Notes: generated by a model not told the origin, from the sequence alone. Shown: positions 9,589-20,332, numbered from the stretch's first letter. The stretch is 64,000 nucleotides of DNA from an uncultured Candidatus Saccharibacteria bacterium (GCA_964387275.1 CAYLVW010000001.1:355508-419507), one strand, 5' to 3'. Translations and numbers: made by a program.

Positions 9589-11070
9589 ATGAATCTAATC
9601 AATCAAGTAATACTGTTTTTTCAATCATTTGTTCTCGCATTAACACCGATGCCTACATATACTGAGGGAGTTTTGGGACAGCCGGTAAGTTTTTTTCCAT
9701 CTAAATCTTCTTTTCAAGCCGATAGAACAGTCTCTAAATTAATATATCGTGGACTTTTTAAATACGATATCTACGGGTCTCTTGTACCAGATCTTGCTGA
9801 TAACTGGTCCATATCCGAAGATGGTATGGGTTACACAATTAAGTTAAAAGACGACCAATACTGGTCAGATGGTTCTAAAATTACCTCAAATGACATCATC
9901 TATACCTCTTTTAAAGTAGGGGATCTTTCTGGAGTAGCTACAGATAGAATAGATGAGTTAACGGTACGGTTTACACTACCTAACAAGTTCTCTCCATTTT
10001 TAAGTATGCTTACAGTGGGGATTATGAAAGACGGTTCAGAAGAAACAAACAATGGGTTACTTCCAATCAGTAATGGTAATTTTAGGGTAATGAGAATTGA
10101 GAAAAATGGCCCTCTCACTAAGCAGGTAGTGCTAACCAAAGTTAATGTCCCAACTGATAAAAAGCTTAATTATTGCGAGGGAATTTTTGCAATACCAAAT
10201 GAAGGAGGCTGCAAAATTCGAAAAATTGTGATTAGGTATTTTGAGAACGAAGAAGAAATGAGTGTTGCAGCAAAACTAGGAGAAATTGATGGGTTTGTAG
10301 CATACAATGAACATGAAGAACTAGAAAACTTCTCAAACTATAAATTCCCACTTCAAGGTGTTTACTACGCAATTTTTTTTAATACCAGAAACGATAAATT
10401 AAAGGATACAGCAATTAGGCAAAAATTGGAGAAAGTATTACCTATCCAAGACATAATTAGTTCTAAAGGTATATCAGTACAAGGCCCAATAAGTAGAAGC
10501 ATATATACAGAAAGATCAATAGTAGAAAAAAAACCGGATCTCTCATTCAAAGAAGACTTGAGTTCAACTCAACTTATACTAACTATCCCAAATACAGAAG
10601 CAATGATGCAAATTGCAGAAGAAGTAAAAAGACACTGGAGAGAAAACTTAAACATAGATGTAACAATCAGAAAAATTGATCAAAAGAATTTCCTTAATGA
10701 AGTTGTAAAACCCAGAAATTTTGAAGTTATGATATATGGACAAGAAATAGGCAGAGACCCCGATAGATATGTAAACTGGTACTCGACACAAGAAGTATAT
10801 CCTGGACTTAATTTCACAGGGTTTAGTCAAGTCAGAGCAGATAGAGCATTGGAGGAGGGAAGAAACTTTACTGAATTTGAAGAACGTTTAGTACATTACA
10901 GAGAGTTTCAAAAAGTAATTGCGGATCAGGTCCCTGTAGTATTTTTATACCATCCATATACAAATTACTACATTTCTAAATATGTTAGAGGGCTTGGAGA
11001 CAAATATACATTTGATATAACTGATAGGTTTTTGGATTTTGAGAATTGGGAAAGAATTATTACTAACTAG
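9589..11070 (+). CDS. ABC transporter substrate-binding protein, family 5 (peptide/nickel)
   Basis: LIYRGLFKYD..LVPDLA..W..S.DG..YT.KL..WSDG signature. Confidence 0.85.
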   Translation: MNLINQVILFFQSFVLALTPMPTYTEGVLGQPVSFFPSKSSFQADRTVSKLIYRGLFKYDIYGSLVPDLADNWSISEDGMGYTIKLKDDQYWSDGSKITSNDIIYTSFKVGDLSGVATDRIDELTVRFTLPNKFSPFLSMLTVGIMKDGSEETNNGLLPISNGNFRVMRIEKNGPLTKQVVLTKVNVPTDKKLNYCEGIFAIPNEGGCKIRKIVIRYFENEEEMSVAAKLGEIDGFVAYNEHEELENFSNYKFPLQGVYYAIFFNTRNDKLKDTAIRQKLEKVLPIQDIISSKGISVQGPISRSIYTERSIVEKKPDLSFKEDLSSTQLILTIPNTEAMMQIAEEVKRHWRENLNIDVTIRKIDQKNFLNEVVKPRNFEVMIYGQEIGRDPDRYVNWYSTQEVYPGLNFTGFSQVRADRALEEGRNFTEFEERLVHYREFQKVIADQVPVVFLYHPYTNYYISKYVRGLGDKYTFDITDRFLDFENWERIITN

Positions 11071-11071
11071 C

Positions 11072-11881
11072 ATGCCACATATAATTGATGGAAAAGCACT
11101 TGCAAAAATTAAGCTCCAGGATATAAAAAATTATATTCAACAAAATAATTTAAAATTAACCCTAGCTGTAGTACTTATAGGTAGCGACCAAGCCTCTGCA
11201 ATATATGTAAGAAATAAACTAAGAAAAGCTGAAGAAGTTGGAATTTCTACTAAATTAATTTACAAGGAAACAGAATCACAAAAAGAGCTAAAACACTTGA
11301 TCTCTGAGCTAAATACAGATAAAACCATAACAGGTTTTTTTATACAAGCACCCTTACCAAAGCCTTTAAATTTTACGGATTTGGCATCATTAATTAAACC
11401 TGATAAAGATATTGACGGCTTAACCCCAACAAACTTAGGAAGATTAGCAAACAACATTATTAACACTCCTGTCTCTGCTACACCACTTGCAGTGTTAACA
11501 GCTTTAAAATCTATTCCTAATTTTGATTTTAGAGGAAAACATGTGGTTATTATAGGAAGATCAAACATCTTGGGTAAACCGCTAGCGTTGTTACTTACAA
11601 ACAATGACGCTACAGTAACTCTTTGCCATTCAAAAACTATAAATTTACAACAACTCACACTAACCGCCGATATTATAGTTTCTGCAACAGGAGTAAAAAA
11701 CTTGGTTACTGCAGATATGGTAAAAACTGGTGCAGTCCTAATAGATTGTGGCTCTCCTAACCAAGAAATTACAGATGAAGCCTACAAAAAGTCTTCTTAC
11801 TTTACACCTGTACCAGGGGGTATAGGTCCACTTACAATTGCTTGTCTTTTAGAAAACCTAGTAGGTCTAATCAAGCAATAG
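11072..11881 (+). CDS. folD: Methylenetetrahydrofolate dehydrogenase/cyclohydrolase
   Basis: IIDGK, YVRNK, KDIDG, GRSNILGKP, TPVPGGIGP; ATG at 11072. Confidence 0.93.
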   Translation: MPHIIDGKALAKIKLQDIKNYIQQNNLKLTLAVVLIGSDQASAIYVRNKLRKAEEVGISTKLIYKETESQKELKHLISELNTDKTITGFFIQAPLPKPLNFTDLASLIKPDKDIDGLTPTNLGRLANNIINTPVSATPLAVLTALKSIPNFDFRGKHVVIIGRSNILGKPLALLLTNNDATVTLCHSKTINLQQLTLTADIIVSATGVKNLVTADMVKTGAVLIDCGSPNQEITDEAYKKSSYFTPVPGGIGPLTIACLLENLVGLIKQ

Positions 11882-12063
11882 TAAACATAGTATCTCTATA
11901 TTCTTAAAATTACTTTTTCCATGAAAAGCTTCAAAGCTTATACTTAACTATTTAGTTTAATTAAATTGTAAAACAGGTGCACTAATGCTTTTTGATGTTA
12001 CTTAGTAACTGAGCAATTTGTCACTATATAGAATGCTCTGTATAATCTATGAGTTTACTGCAT

Positions 12064-12140
12064 GGTGGCTGTAGTTCAGTGGTTAGAACGCTGGCCTGTG
12101 GAGCCGGATGTCGTCGGTTCAAATCCGATCAGCCACCCCA
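12064..12140 (+). tRNA. tRNA-His(GTG)
   Basis: Cloverleaf with G-1, loop ctGTGga, CCA end. Confidence 0.95.
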
Positions 12141-12184
12141 AATATTTTCTTCGAATTTATCCTAATTTCTTATAATTATAAATA

Positions 12185-13129
12185 CTAAATTCTAAGTTCT
12201 GCTCGGAAGTATTTACGCCATATTTCAAAACCTAATTTTGAGTAAAAGTCTGTTTTGTCTGTCCATCCAATCCAACAATATTTAATGCCCTTGGACTTTA
12301 GTAGTTCAGTCCCATAAGATTTTAGAGCTAAACCAACCCCTTTACCTCTCCATTTTTCACTTACGCCTAAAGCTTTTCCGCTTCCTAATTTGTTTTCAAA
12401 TAATAGATTCCAGTTACAGTTTTCAATCTGTATACATGTGACACCAATAATCTCTTTATTGTGTATCGCCATAAAAACGTTGTTATAGTTGTTGTTATCA
12501 AAGTCTTGTTTGTAGTAGTCATGCCATTCCAAAAAGTTTTTCCGTTCGAAGTCTAGTATTTGTTCAGCATATTCAGGTGAAGAAATTTGTATTCTTATCC
12601 CCTCATTATTTATTTTTTCGTATATGCCTTTGGGTGACTTAAAAGTTTCAATATTCTGATACATATCATAGACCAGTTCGTTTTCAATCAAGAAGCCGTT
12701 TTTACTAAAAAAATTTATAGAATTAAGGTTCTCCGGTACCCCAGCCCATAGCCAGCTTCCTGCTCCGCCACCTAGTTTTATAGTCTTAACGCCAAGTTGA
12801 TCGAACCAGTCTTTTGTTGCGTTGATTAATGATGTACCTACTTTGTTATTTCTATATTCTGAGGTTACAACAACCAGCGTAATTACACCTCTATTTTCAT
12901 CACCAACTTGTTTGTTTTTTGCACTAATTACACCAACAATCTTGTTGTTTAGCTCGGCGACAAAGACACGTACTTTGTTATTAGTATCATCATACCCAAA
13001 CAATACGTTAAGCAATCGTTCTGGTGCGATTGGCCACAGTGTACCCAATTCTGAATTTGTGTAGATATCCAACAATGCCTGCTCGTCTTTTGGGTTATAA
13101 AGTCTTATGTTTAGTCTGGCTTGATTCAT
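12185..13129 (-). CDS. Tandem GNAT acetyltransferase
   Basis: Two acetyl-CoA motifs: VTSEYRNNKVG and VSEKWRGKGVG. Confidence 0.85.
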   Translation of the reverse strand: MNQARLNIRLYNPKDEQALLDIYTNSELGTLWPIAPERLLNVLFGYDDTNNKVRVFVAELNNKIVGVISAKNKQVGDENRGVITLVVVTSEYRNNKVGTSLINATKDWFDQLGVKTIKLGGGAGSWLWAGVPENLNSINFFSKNGFLIENELVYDMYQNIETFKSPKGIYEKINNEGIRIQISSPEYAEQILDFERKNFLEWHDYYKQDFDNNNYNNVFMAIHNKEIIGVTCIQIENCNWNLLFENKLGSGKALGVSEKWRGKGVGLALKSYGTELLKSKGIKYCWIGWTDKTDFYSKLGFEIWRKYFRAELRI

Positions 13130-13364
13130 AACTGCATTTTAGCACCATTAAGTTTAGGTTAGTTAGAGATCTTCCTATTAATAATTGCTAACTCTCTTTC
13201 CATAACTTCAATCCTTTCTGACTGCAACAGCCCGATTAGAATATCATCTTGCTCCTGACCCCAAACAAACATTTTACCACCCACTCATTTCCAATCTTAT
13301 GTATGCAGAAATAAGTCTGATCTAGCGGATCAAACTTCAATTAGGTATCCTGTTAGTACTACTT

Positions 13365-14168
13365 ATGCAAATACTTATTAAAATAATCAGAATACTGCAA
13401 AACACACCATTTAACCCAAATTGGCTTTGGATCACTAAATTCAATGAATTAAATAACAAAATTGTAAATCAGCATCTTTACGGAGATATTTTAGAGGTTG
13501 GTGCAGGTAGTGGACTTAGAAAAGCACAAATACTTTCTAATAATACCGGCAATATTACCTCGTATATTGCTACAGATTATGAGGGTTGGGATAACTTCTA
13601 TGAGAAAATTAAGAGTAATAAACTATATATGCTTTTTAACCCAGATCTGGGGTCTAGAAAGCTAGATGGGGTGTGCTCAGCAACAAACCTTCCATATGAA
13701 GACAAAAAATTTGATTGCCATATTAGCTTTGAGGTTTTGGAGCATATGGAAGACATCGATAAATATTTTTCAGAAGCCTACCGAGTTATAAAACCCGGAG
13801 GCATAATTTATTTTAGTACACCATTTATGTACCCATTACATGGAGATCCTCCAGAGTTTAAACACGATTATATGAGATTTGGTAATGGCTTGTATTACCT
13901 TATAGCGCAAAAATACGACTTAAGATTAATTGGAATTGAATCAAACACGGGTCTTGGTACTACTATGGCAGCCTTTGTATCACATTACCTATCAACCAAA
14001 ATACAAAATTCAAATAATATTCTGGTTAAAGTTCTTATATCTACTTTCCTAATACCTACTGCATTATTGTTAAATATGGCAGGATATATTATAGATCTGG
14101 ATCCCGACACTAAGTTTAGTTCACGATTTCATGTTATATACAAAAAAGAAAAACTTGAGCAAATTTAA
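13365..14168 (+). CDS. Class I SAM-dependent methyltransferase
   Basis: LEVGAGSG, LPYED..FD, EVLEH, KPGG. Confidence 0.85.
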   Translation: MQILIKIIRILQNTPFNPNWLWITKFNELNNKIVNQHLYGDILEVGAGSGLRKAQILSNNTGNITSYIATDYEGWDNFYEKIKSNKLYMLFNPDLGSRKLDGVCSATNLPYEDKKFDCHISFEVLEHMEDIDKYFSEAYRVIKPGGIIYFSTPFMYPLHGDPPEFKHDYMRFGNGLYYLIAQKYDLRLIGIESNTGLGTTMAAFVSHYLSTKIQNSNNILVKVLISTFLIPTALLLNMAGYIIDLDPDTKFSSRFHVIYKKEKLEQI

Positions 14169-14255
14169 AGAGTTTATTTTTGACCTATAGTCATAAATAC
14201 CGTATAATACCACCACTATCCAAATCGGGATAGATTGAATTGAAGAGGAAAACAA

Positions 14256-14645
14256 ATGGAAGTGCTTCAGCAAAACGGCATTTATATCGCTTTGGTTATC
14301 ATTATTTCCTTTCTTTATGTTGTTTCTTCGATTGGTGTAGCACTTATCGGTATTATGTCTTCTGGGTTTGGTGGTATTAGTGCTATTGCTGACCCACAAT
14401 CAGACAGGTTTAAGATCGTTTATGGGGCTGTAAGCCTTATTGCGGGTACTCTTACAGCACTTTCACATTACCTTATGTGGGGTGTTTTTAGTATTCTCTT
14501 TATCCCCGCTGTTGTTTGCATTATGGGAGGGGTATACAATTGGATGTCAGTTGCCAGAGGCTACGCCGGTAAAACGGTTCTCTGGGCACTTATTATGAGT
14601 GCGCTTGGTATTATTCTTATGTACCTTAATTTTTGGGTGTTCTAG
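14256..14645 (+). CDS. Hypothetical membrane protein (SD-led)
   Basis: About 4 TM helices, gagga SD, own -10 box (14203) and terminator. Confidence 0.7.
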   Translation: MEVLQQNGIYIALVIIISFLYVVSSIGVALIGIMSSGFGGISAIADPQSDRFKIVYGAVSLIAGTLTALSHYLMWGVFSILFIPAVVCIMGGVYNWMSVARGYAGKTVLWALIMSALGIILMYLNFWVF

Positions 14646-14652
14646 GTATGTT

Positions 14653-14703
14653 GCAGCTGTTTGAATTTTCTACGTTAGGTAGAGTTCAGGCAGCTGCTTT
14701 TTT
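14653..14703 (+). terminator. Long-stem intrinsic terminator
   Basis: gcagctgtttgaatt..tctac / gtagagttcaggcagctgc plus T-tract. Confidence 0.75.
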
Positions 14704-15387
14704 AATTTCTTTGTGCTCAATAGGCAAACTGACTTTCCAAACATAATAGTAACTATCAGGGACATGCTGACCAAGGCCATTTATCCTATCAAATATTAAA
14801 TGGTTTCCTAATTCAAACTCTTCTGTGATATTCCACACAATAGGCATTAAATCATAATAAATCCCTCCCCACTCAATTACAGAACCCAATGGTTTCCTAT
14901 GAGAGGCAAGTCCCGGTAGGGAGTCAGATTTCCACCAAAATTTTGCTAACGGTTTTGGAAGATTAAACACTAAAACCCCATTGTCACTAGAGATTTCAGG
15001 CTTACCAGTGCCCAAACCCAGCTCCCCTAGCAAAATATCAGCTTCTGCGCCGAGTCTAAATTTAAAGTTTGGGTCAGTAAGACCTGACTCTTCTAAGTAA
15101 GTAAGAGTTCTGTCGGGAATACCACCACCCCCTGGCATTACATAATTTCTCAAAGTCCCATATAATGCAGACTTGTAGTGTTTAGCTAGATAAATTCCGT
15201 AATCTTGAACTTCATTCCAGAGAATTTGCTGTTCGCGGGTTTCACAGTCTTCAAATTTTGGACCTTCCATATATGGACACTGATCTCCCGGTACAACATT
15301 TAACTCTATAGCTTGATCTTCTAAGTAATCATCAATGCCTGTGTTTATATCATCATCAGAGAAGGTTTCAGAGAAACGTAACACCAT
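14686..15387 (-). CDS. Hypothetical protein
   Basis: 233-aa ORF with TATACT 6 nt before the ATG; no family recognised. Confidence 0.6.
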   Translation of the reverse strand: MVLRFSETFSDDDINTGIDDYLEDQAIELNVVPGDQCPYMEGPKFEDCETREQQILWNEVQDYGIYLAKHYKSALYGTLRNYVMPGGGGIPDRTLTYLEESGLTDPNFKFRLGAEADILLGELGLGTGKPEISSDNGVLVFNLPKPLAKFWWKSDSLPGLASHRKPLGSVIEWGGIYYDLMPIVWNITEEFELGNHLIFDRINGLGQHVPDSYYYVWKVSLPIEHKEIKKAAA

Positions 15388-15476
15388 ATAAAAAGTATAT
15401 CAAAGTTCACATGCACAAATTGCAACGTTGTCTGTACCCTATAGTTATGGTAAAATTCGCGTCTTGGAGGAGAAAA

Positions 15477-16277
15477 ATGACAAGCATCAGAGCCAGAGTT
15501 AATTACTGGTTGGTCCAACTACTTACTTTTGTAGCATCAGTTTATCTGTGTATGTTTATAGGTGGTGTGTTAGCAAACAACCAAGCGGTTATAAACTTAG
15601 GGATACAATCATTCTTCTTGTTTTTGTCTACTTTTATTGGATCGCTTACTCTGGTACTTTTAGTTTTTGTTCATGAAAATGGGCATAAACTCGCCATGGA
15701 GGTGCAGAAGATCAGGTCTTTTGGTCCAATCATGATTCTTCCTCTAGGGGGAATTATGCTCCCGGGCAGATCTATGAGTGCTCTGGAAGGTACAATAACC
15801 ATACTGGCTGGACCTGCTACTGGAATTCTTGGCATTCCATTTTTGTACTTAGGAATGTACCAGGATAAACCAGAATATGTGGGATTAGCCCTAGTGTGGA
15901 TACTAGTAAATGCTGTCAATCTGTTACCTGTGGGGCCACTGGATGGTACCGGCATTGTTGCTAGTATTATTTCAGCAGTATCTCTAAAAGCTGCAAAACT
16001 CTACAAAAAGTTTAGTGTATTGCTGCTCTTTTTGCCTATGACTTTTGCAAGTAGCACTAACGCCTTAGTTGTGTTTGCTCTCACTTTATCTATTGTGATT
16101 CTTATGTGGTTACTAGATAACTACATGACGAAGGTTTTTAGAAAATACTGTAACAAGGATATCGCTGTAAATCCCGCGCTAACGGGCAAGCAAGCTCTTG
16201 TCAGTGCAATAACTTATGGCTTTCTAACTTTGTTACTGGGAGTTTCCTTGGTACAAGCCTTCTCGTACTTTCTATAG
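15477..16277 (+). CDS. Site-2 protease (M50) family membrane metalloprotease
   Basis: HENGH, LAGP, NLLPVGPLDG; ggagg SD before ATG 15477. Confidence 0.85.
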   Translation: MTSIRARVNYWLVQLLTFVASVYLCMFIGGVLANNQAVINLGIQSFFLFLSTFIGSLTLVLLVFVHENGHKLAMEVQKIRSFGPIMILPLGGIMLPGRSMSALEGTITILAGPATGILGIPFLYLGMYQDKPEYVGLALVWILVNAVNLLPVGPLDGTGIVASIISAVSLKAAKLYKKFSVLLLFLPMTFASSTNALVVFALTLSIVILMWLLDNYMTKVFRKYCNKDIAVNPALTGKQALVSAITYGFLTLLLGVSLVQAFSYFL

Positions 16278-16293
16278 CACAAGGAGAAAAGGA

Positions 16294-16746
16294 ATGAGCA
16301 ATATCACAACGGACGCAGTTAGAATTGCAGGCTCTAATGCTCCAGAAGAGGGAGACTTTGGTACTGCAACTATTCGTAATTGGGGTACTCTTAGTGCTGA
16401 AGTTCAAAGTATTATTAGAGACGACCTATACCGTGTGGAAACAGGTGGTGGTAATCTTTGGATTCAACACCCAGAAGAACAAGAAATGTATGATGACGAT
16501 TACTGGAGACAAGTCGGTGAAGATAACGCCAGATGTATTGATTGTGGTATGAACCCTTGCTACTGTGAGGATTTCCCAATTATAGATTTTTGCCTCACAT
16601 GCAAAGACCCTAATGTTATTATTTGGGATACTCTGCTTACAATGGATACTCTTGAAGCTGCTCTAGATAAAGCCATAAGATCTCATCATGAGAGCTGTAC
16701 ATGTGGTGGATTTATGATTAGTGTTAGTTTTAGTTTTACGATGTAA
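16294..16746 (+). CDS. Hypothetical Cys-rich, acidic protein
   Basis: aaggag SD; CIDCGMNPCYC, CLTC, HHESCTC. Confidence 0.65.
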   Translation: MSNITTDAVRIAGSNAPEEGDFGTATIRNWGTLSAEVQSIIRDDLYRVETGGGNLWIQHPEEQEMYDDDYWRQVGEDNARCIDCGMNPCYCEDFPIIDFCLTCKDPNVIIWDTLLTMDTLEAALDKAIRSHHESCTCGGFMISVSFSFTM

Positions 16747-16753
16747 AACTCAC

Positions 16754-16798
16754 GCCCGGCAAAAGGTAAGTATAACTTCTTTTTGCCGGGCTTTTTTT
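16754..16798 (+). terminator. Intrinsic terminator
   Basis: gcccggcaaaag / tttttgccgggc plus T7. Confidence 0.85.
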
Positions 16799-17002
16799 AC
16801 AACTTAAAAGATCAAGAATCAACCCAAAAATAAAAAGCAGGCTTCTCACTTATATTAAAAATAAATATTTTTAAACTCACTGGTGCCAGTTCTCTAAACC
16901 CAATCTACTATAGGTTTTACATTTAGCCAGTAACTTGCTAAAATCACATCCGCAGAAATACTGCAGACCTTTGACAATATGTGAGAACAGAGAGGAAAAG
17001 CG

Positions 17003-17719
17003 ATGAGGATTCCTATCAAGCTGGAAAGTAAACACTATGTTATTTTAGCTTTAATAGCTATTCCTTTTATCATTCTACTTAGAATCTTCTATAAATGGCT
17101 TGCTATTCCATTTGTTTTTGAGGAGTTCCTGTTTTTTAAGGGAGCTATTTGGGATCCGTTTTTGATGTCAATGCCACTAATTCTTGGAGGCATTGCTTTA
17201 AATGTTTTCCATATGGCATCTACTACAAATCCACCAGAAGTGCATGCTAATGCTGGTAGTATTCCGTTTACGGGATTTCTTACCAGTTTAATGGCAGGTG
17301 TGATGGAGGAGATTGTTTTTCGTTGGGTTTTGTTTTATGCATTTTTTGGAATGTTCTGGTTTATAGATAGAAACATTCTGGGAGGCTTCTTACAAGCTCA
17401 ATTCACAAATAATCTAAGCTTTATTAACACCTTCCTTGTTTTTGGGGCACCAGAAATGATCTCAAACCCCACTAACTGGGCAACCGGTCTTGCTATTCTT
17501 TCGTCCAACTGGAAGTTCCAAGAAGGACATTCCTACCAAGGGATTTCCGGGCAGATTTTTAGTTGGCTAGGTGGTTTGGTGTTTTTTAATGTTATGTTTG
17601 TGCATGGGCTTTTTGCAGCCATGTTGGTGCATTTTGCTTTTGACATGCTGACATTTGTAATGCTTATGGTTGATTTGTTCCTGGAGGAAAACAGTGACAA
17701 ATTCTATGCCTGGTACTAA
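17003..17719 (+). CDS. CPBP (Abi/CAAX/Rce1-like) intramembrane protease
   Basis: EEIVFR, FQEGH, HFAFD motifs in a multi-TM protein. Confidence 0.8.
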   Translation: MRIPIKLESKHYVILALIAIPFIILLRIFYKWLAIPFVFEEFLFFKGAIWDPFLMSMPLILGGIALNVFHMASTTNPPEVHANAGSIPFTGFLTSLMAGVMEEIVFRWVLFYAFFGMFWFIDRNILGGFLQAQFTNNLSFINTFLVFGAPEMISNPTNWATGLAILSSNWKFQEGHSYQGISGQIFSWLGGLVFFNVMFVHGLFAAMLVHFAFDMLTFVMLMVDLFLEENSDKFYAWY

Positions 17720-17756
17720 CAAACAAAAACCCTACAAAACAACAAGGAGGCGAAAC

Positions 17757-19019
17757 ATGGCTCGAGCAATCAAAACTGACCTTACCCAAGATCAAGCTAC
17801 TATTTTGATTGATGCAGGTAAAGCAGTTAGAGGACTTGAAGAGAATCTTAAGTTTTGCTTTCAAGAACGTGATTGGATTATCCGTCAAACAGCATTGGCG
17901 CTGCTTTTGGGCAGACACGTGCTGATTTATGGTATTCATGGTGCCGCTAAGTCTTCTTTTGCAGAACGTGTGTTTGGCTCAATTAAGGGTAAGGGTACTA
18001 GTGGTGAAGATCCTCAGATTTTTTCTATTCAACTTGATGTTGATACAACTAAATCTGATTTGGTTGGCCCTATTAGTATTGCTGATCTTAGAAATAGTGG
18101 CCTAAATGTGAGAAATCTTGCCGGCCATCTGGCCGAAGCACACTTTGCTTATTTGGATGAAGTACTTGACGCTATCTCACTTTTGAGGGGCATTAATGAT
18201 ATTCTTCATGAACGACGCCTTATTGAGGGTAGACAAAATATCCGAGTGCCGCTTCTTACAGCTATTGGTGCTACTAATAGATCACCTAGTGAGGTAGAGG
18301 CGATGTACCCGGGGCTTAATTTGGGTGCTGTTAATGATAGATGGGATTTTGTTGGTAATGTTGGGTACGTTAACGGTATTGCTAGTGTTACCAGCATGGT
18401 TATGAACGGTCTCTTTGGTAAACTCCCGTTTGTCGAAGTGCCTTTCCATCTTATTCAACAGTCCGCTCAAATTCTTGCTAACACTAATATGTTCCCAGAT
18501 GACCAATATGTCCAAGCCTATGTTGAACTTATCACCAAAGTTAGGGAACGATTTAAGAAAGACATGAAACGGTCAATTTCAGATCGTCGTATTAATAGAC
18601 TTACTCAAGTAGTTGAAGCTAATGCTATTCTTTATGGCAGAACTGATCTGACTGCTGAAGACCTCCATGCTATCGGGTATGCACTTTGCCCATCCGGCGA
18701 CTCTGATGAATATAGCGTATTTAAGGAAGTTGCTGATGGGGTCGTTGGTGAATTTGGTGCTGCGATTAATGATAAGACAGACGCAGCTATTAAAAATGCA
18801 CTTAGACGAATTAGCACAGATATTATGGGCATTAAACGAAGCCTTAGTGATCCGAAGTGGAAAGCTGATGTAACCAATGTTGGACCTGCTCTCAAACAGG
18901 TTTCAGAGCTTAAGGATGAGCTTCTTAAACTAGCTCCTAAACTTGAGTCAACTGAGCGCGAGATTAAAAAACTTGTTGATGTGCTCGCTGACCTTAAAGA
19001 CAAGATTAACGATATCTAA
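17757..19019 (+). CDS. MoxR-clade AAA+ ATPase, RavA-like
   Basis: ERD..IR...LALL.GRHVLIYGIHGAAKS, YLDEV, GATN, SDRR; aaggagg SD before ATG 17757. Confidence 0.8.
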   Translation: MARAIKTDLTQDQATILIDAGKAVRGLEENLKFCFQERDWIIRQTALALLLGRHVLIYGIHGAAKSSFAERVFGSIKGKGTSGEDPQIFSIQLDVDTTKSDLVGPISIADLRNSGLNVRNLAGHLAEAHFAYLDEVLDAISLLRGINDILHERRLIEGRQNIRVPLLTAIGATNRSPSEVEAMYPGLNLGAVNDRWDFVGNVGYVNGIASVTSMVMNGLFGKLPFVEVPFHLIQQSAQILANTNMFPDDQYVQAYVELITKVRERFKKDMKRSISDRRINRLTQVVEANAILYGRTDLTAEDLHAIGYALCPSGDSDEYSVFKEVADGVVGEFGAAINDKTDAAIKNALRRISTDIMGIKRSLSDPKWKADVTNVGPALKQVSELKDELLKLAPKLESTEREIKKLVDVLADLKDKINDI

Positions 19020-20179
19020 TGGTTACTCCCTTAAACCTCGAGATTCTATATTGGGTACTGCTATTTATAGCACTACTTATCTTCTATTGGCTTTGGAACA
19101 AACTTAATAACCAATGGCAACAGGATAAATCTGAAGCAACAGGTATTGGTCAGGGAAGTGGATCCCAAGGATCTGGATCAAATTCCGGATCATCTGGTGA
19201 ATCTACAGATGGCCAAGGGCAGTCTACTAGTTCAGGTGAAAATGAGGACGATAATAAATCACTAAGTGATTACTTTGAACAGCTCAGAAAAGCACGTAAG
19301 AAATCTATGGTTGAAAAACTACGCGATGCTGCAAAAGATAAAGATTTGGCTGACTTTATTCAATCCCAAGCTGGCAAAGGCTCTAGCGACATAAGCACTT
19401 GGGATCCTGATAGAATGTATGAAGTTGCAGAAATGATAGGCGAAGATGTCTTAGACATGCTAATCACAAGTCAATCTAAACTTCCAATTAGTATGGATCT
19501 TACAAACAGAAAGAGCACTAAACTTGACGAAGTAAGATCGGGAGGAATCTTTAGGGATACAGCTAAGGTTAGAGGTCCCGAAGACTACCCAGATTTAACT
19601 ACTGAAGAATTAGCTCTTGATGACGATCATCTTTACACGAGAATCTCAACTGGAGAAGCTCGTAGGGTCCGTAGGTATGATCAAAAAGAAGAGATCGACG
19701 TTTTCGGTATGCTAAGAGATCGCTCAGGGTCAATGCAAACTAAGATGCCTCATTCGGGTGTTTCTAGAGATACATGGGCCCGTGGTGTAGTGCTAAGATT
19801 TGCAAGAGACGCAAGTAAAGGTAAAGTTAGGTTTTTCTTTAGAGATTTTGATGAAAGAGTTAAACCTATTCAAAGAGTCTATGGACCTAGTGATGTTTCA
19901 GGTTTTATTGATTATCTTGTAAGACACCCCGCTCCTGCGGATGCTGGAACTAATATCTTAAATGCTATCTCTAGAATGGTTAAAGATATTAAAGCAGATC
20001 CTTCCATAAAAATTAGAACTGCAGATATTGTTCTGATTTCGGATGGAGATGATGGTAGTGTTAGTGATGTTGATGGAGTAAGAGAGATCCTAGGTGATGT
20101 TAAGTTACACACTATCGTAATCGGCGGAAGTAATCCATATCTTAAGGCTGTTTCTACAACTTATAAGGAACTTCGCTAA
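19019..20179 (+). CDS. VWA-domain protein (ViaA-like) with N-terminal TM anchor
   Basis: MIDAS DRSGS, AGT, ISDG; N-terminal hydrophobic helix and Gly/Ser-rich linker; start overlaps the AAA gene stop (taatg). Confidence 0.8.
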   Translation: MVTPLNLEILYWVLLFIALLIFYWLWNKLNNQWQQDKSEATGIGQGSGSQGSGSNSGSSGESTDGQGQSTSSGENEDDNKSLSDYFEQLRKARKKSMVEKLRDAAKDKDLADFIQSQAGKGSSDISTWDPDRMYEVAEMIGEDVLDMLITSQSKLPISMDLTNRKSTKLDEVRSGGIFRDTAKVRGPEDYPDLTTEELALDDDHLYTRISTGEARRVRRYDQKEEIDVFGMLRDRSGSMQTKMPHSGVSRDTWARGVVLRFARDASKGKVRFFFRDFDERVKPIQRVYGPSDVSGFIDYLVRHPAPADAGTNILNAISRMVKDIKADPSIKIRTADIVLISDGDDGSVSDVDGVREILGDVKLHTIVIGGSNPYLKAVSTTYKELR

Positions 20180-20195
20180 CTCACATATTCTTAAA

Positions 20196-20235
20196 GCCCC
20201 ATACACCAAATTAATGGTTTATGGGGCCTTTTTTT
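20196..20235 (+). terminator. Intrinsic terminator
   Basis: gccccatacacca / tggtttatggggc plus T7. Confidence 0.8.
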
Positions 20236-20275
20236 ATGTCTAATCATCGTTCAAATTCAGATTTGTTCAAATACC

Positions 20276-20291
20276 AACCCTATAGTATAAT
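20276..20291 (+). promoter_or_regulatory. AACCCTATAG motif abutting a TATAAT -10 box
   Basis: aaccctatag-tataat; motif recurs before other SD-led units. Confidence 0.5.
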
Positions 20292-20332
20292 TTGCAAGTT
20301 CGTTGAGAACTCAATAGTGCCAAGGAGCAATT

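Noticed and set aside
14686-14703. C-terminal KKAAA as an ssrA-like degron
   Set aside because: These codons are the reverse complement of the opposing gene's terminator arm and T-tract, which explains the sequence.
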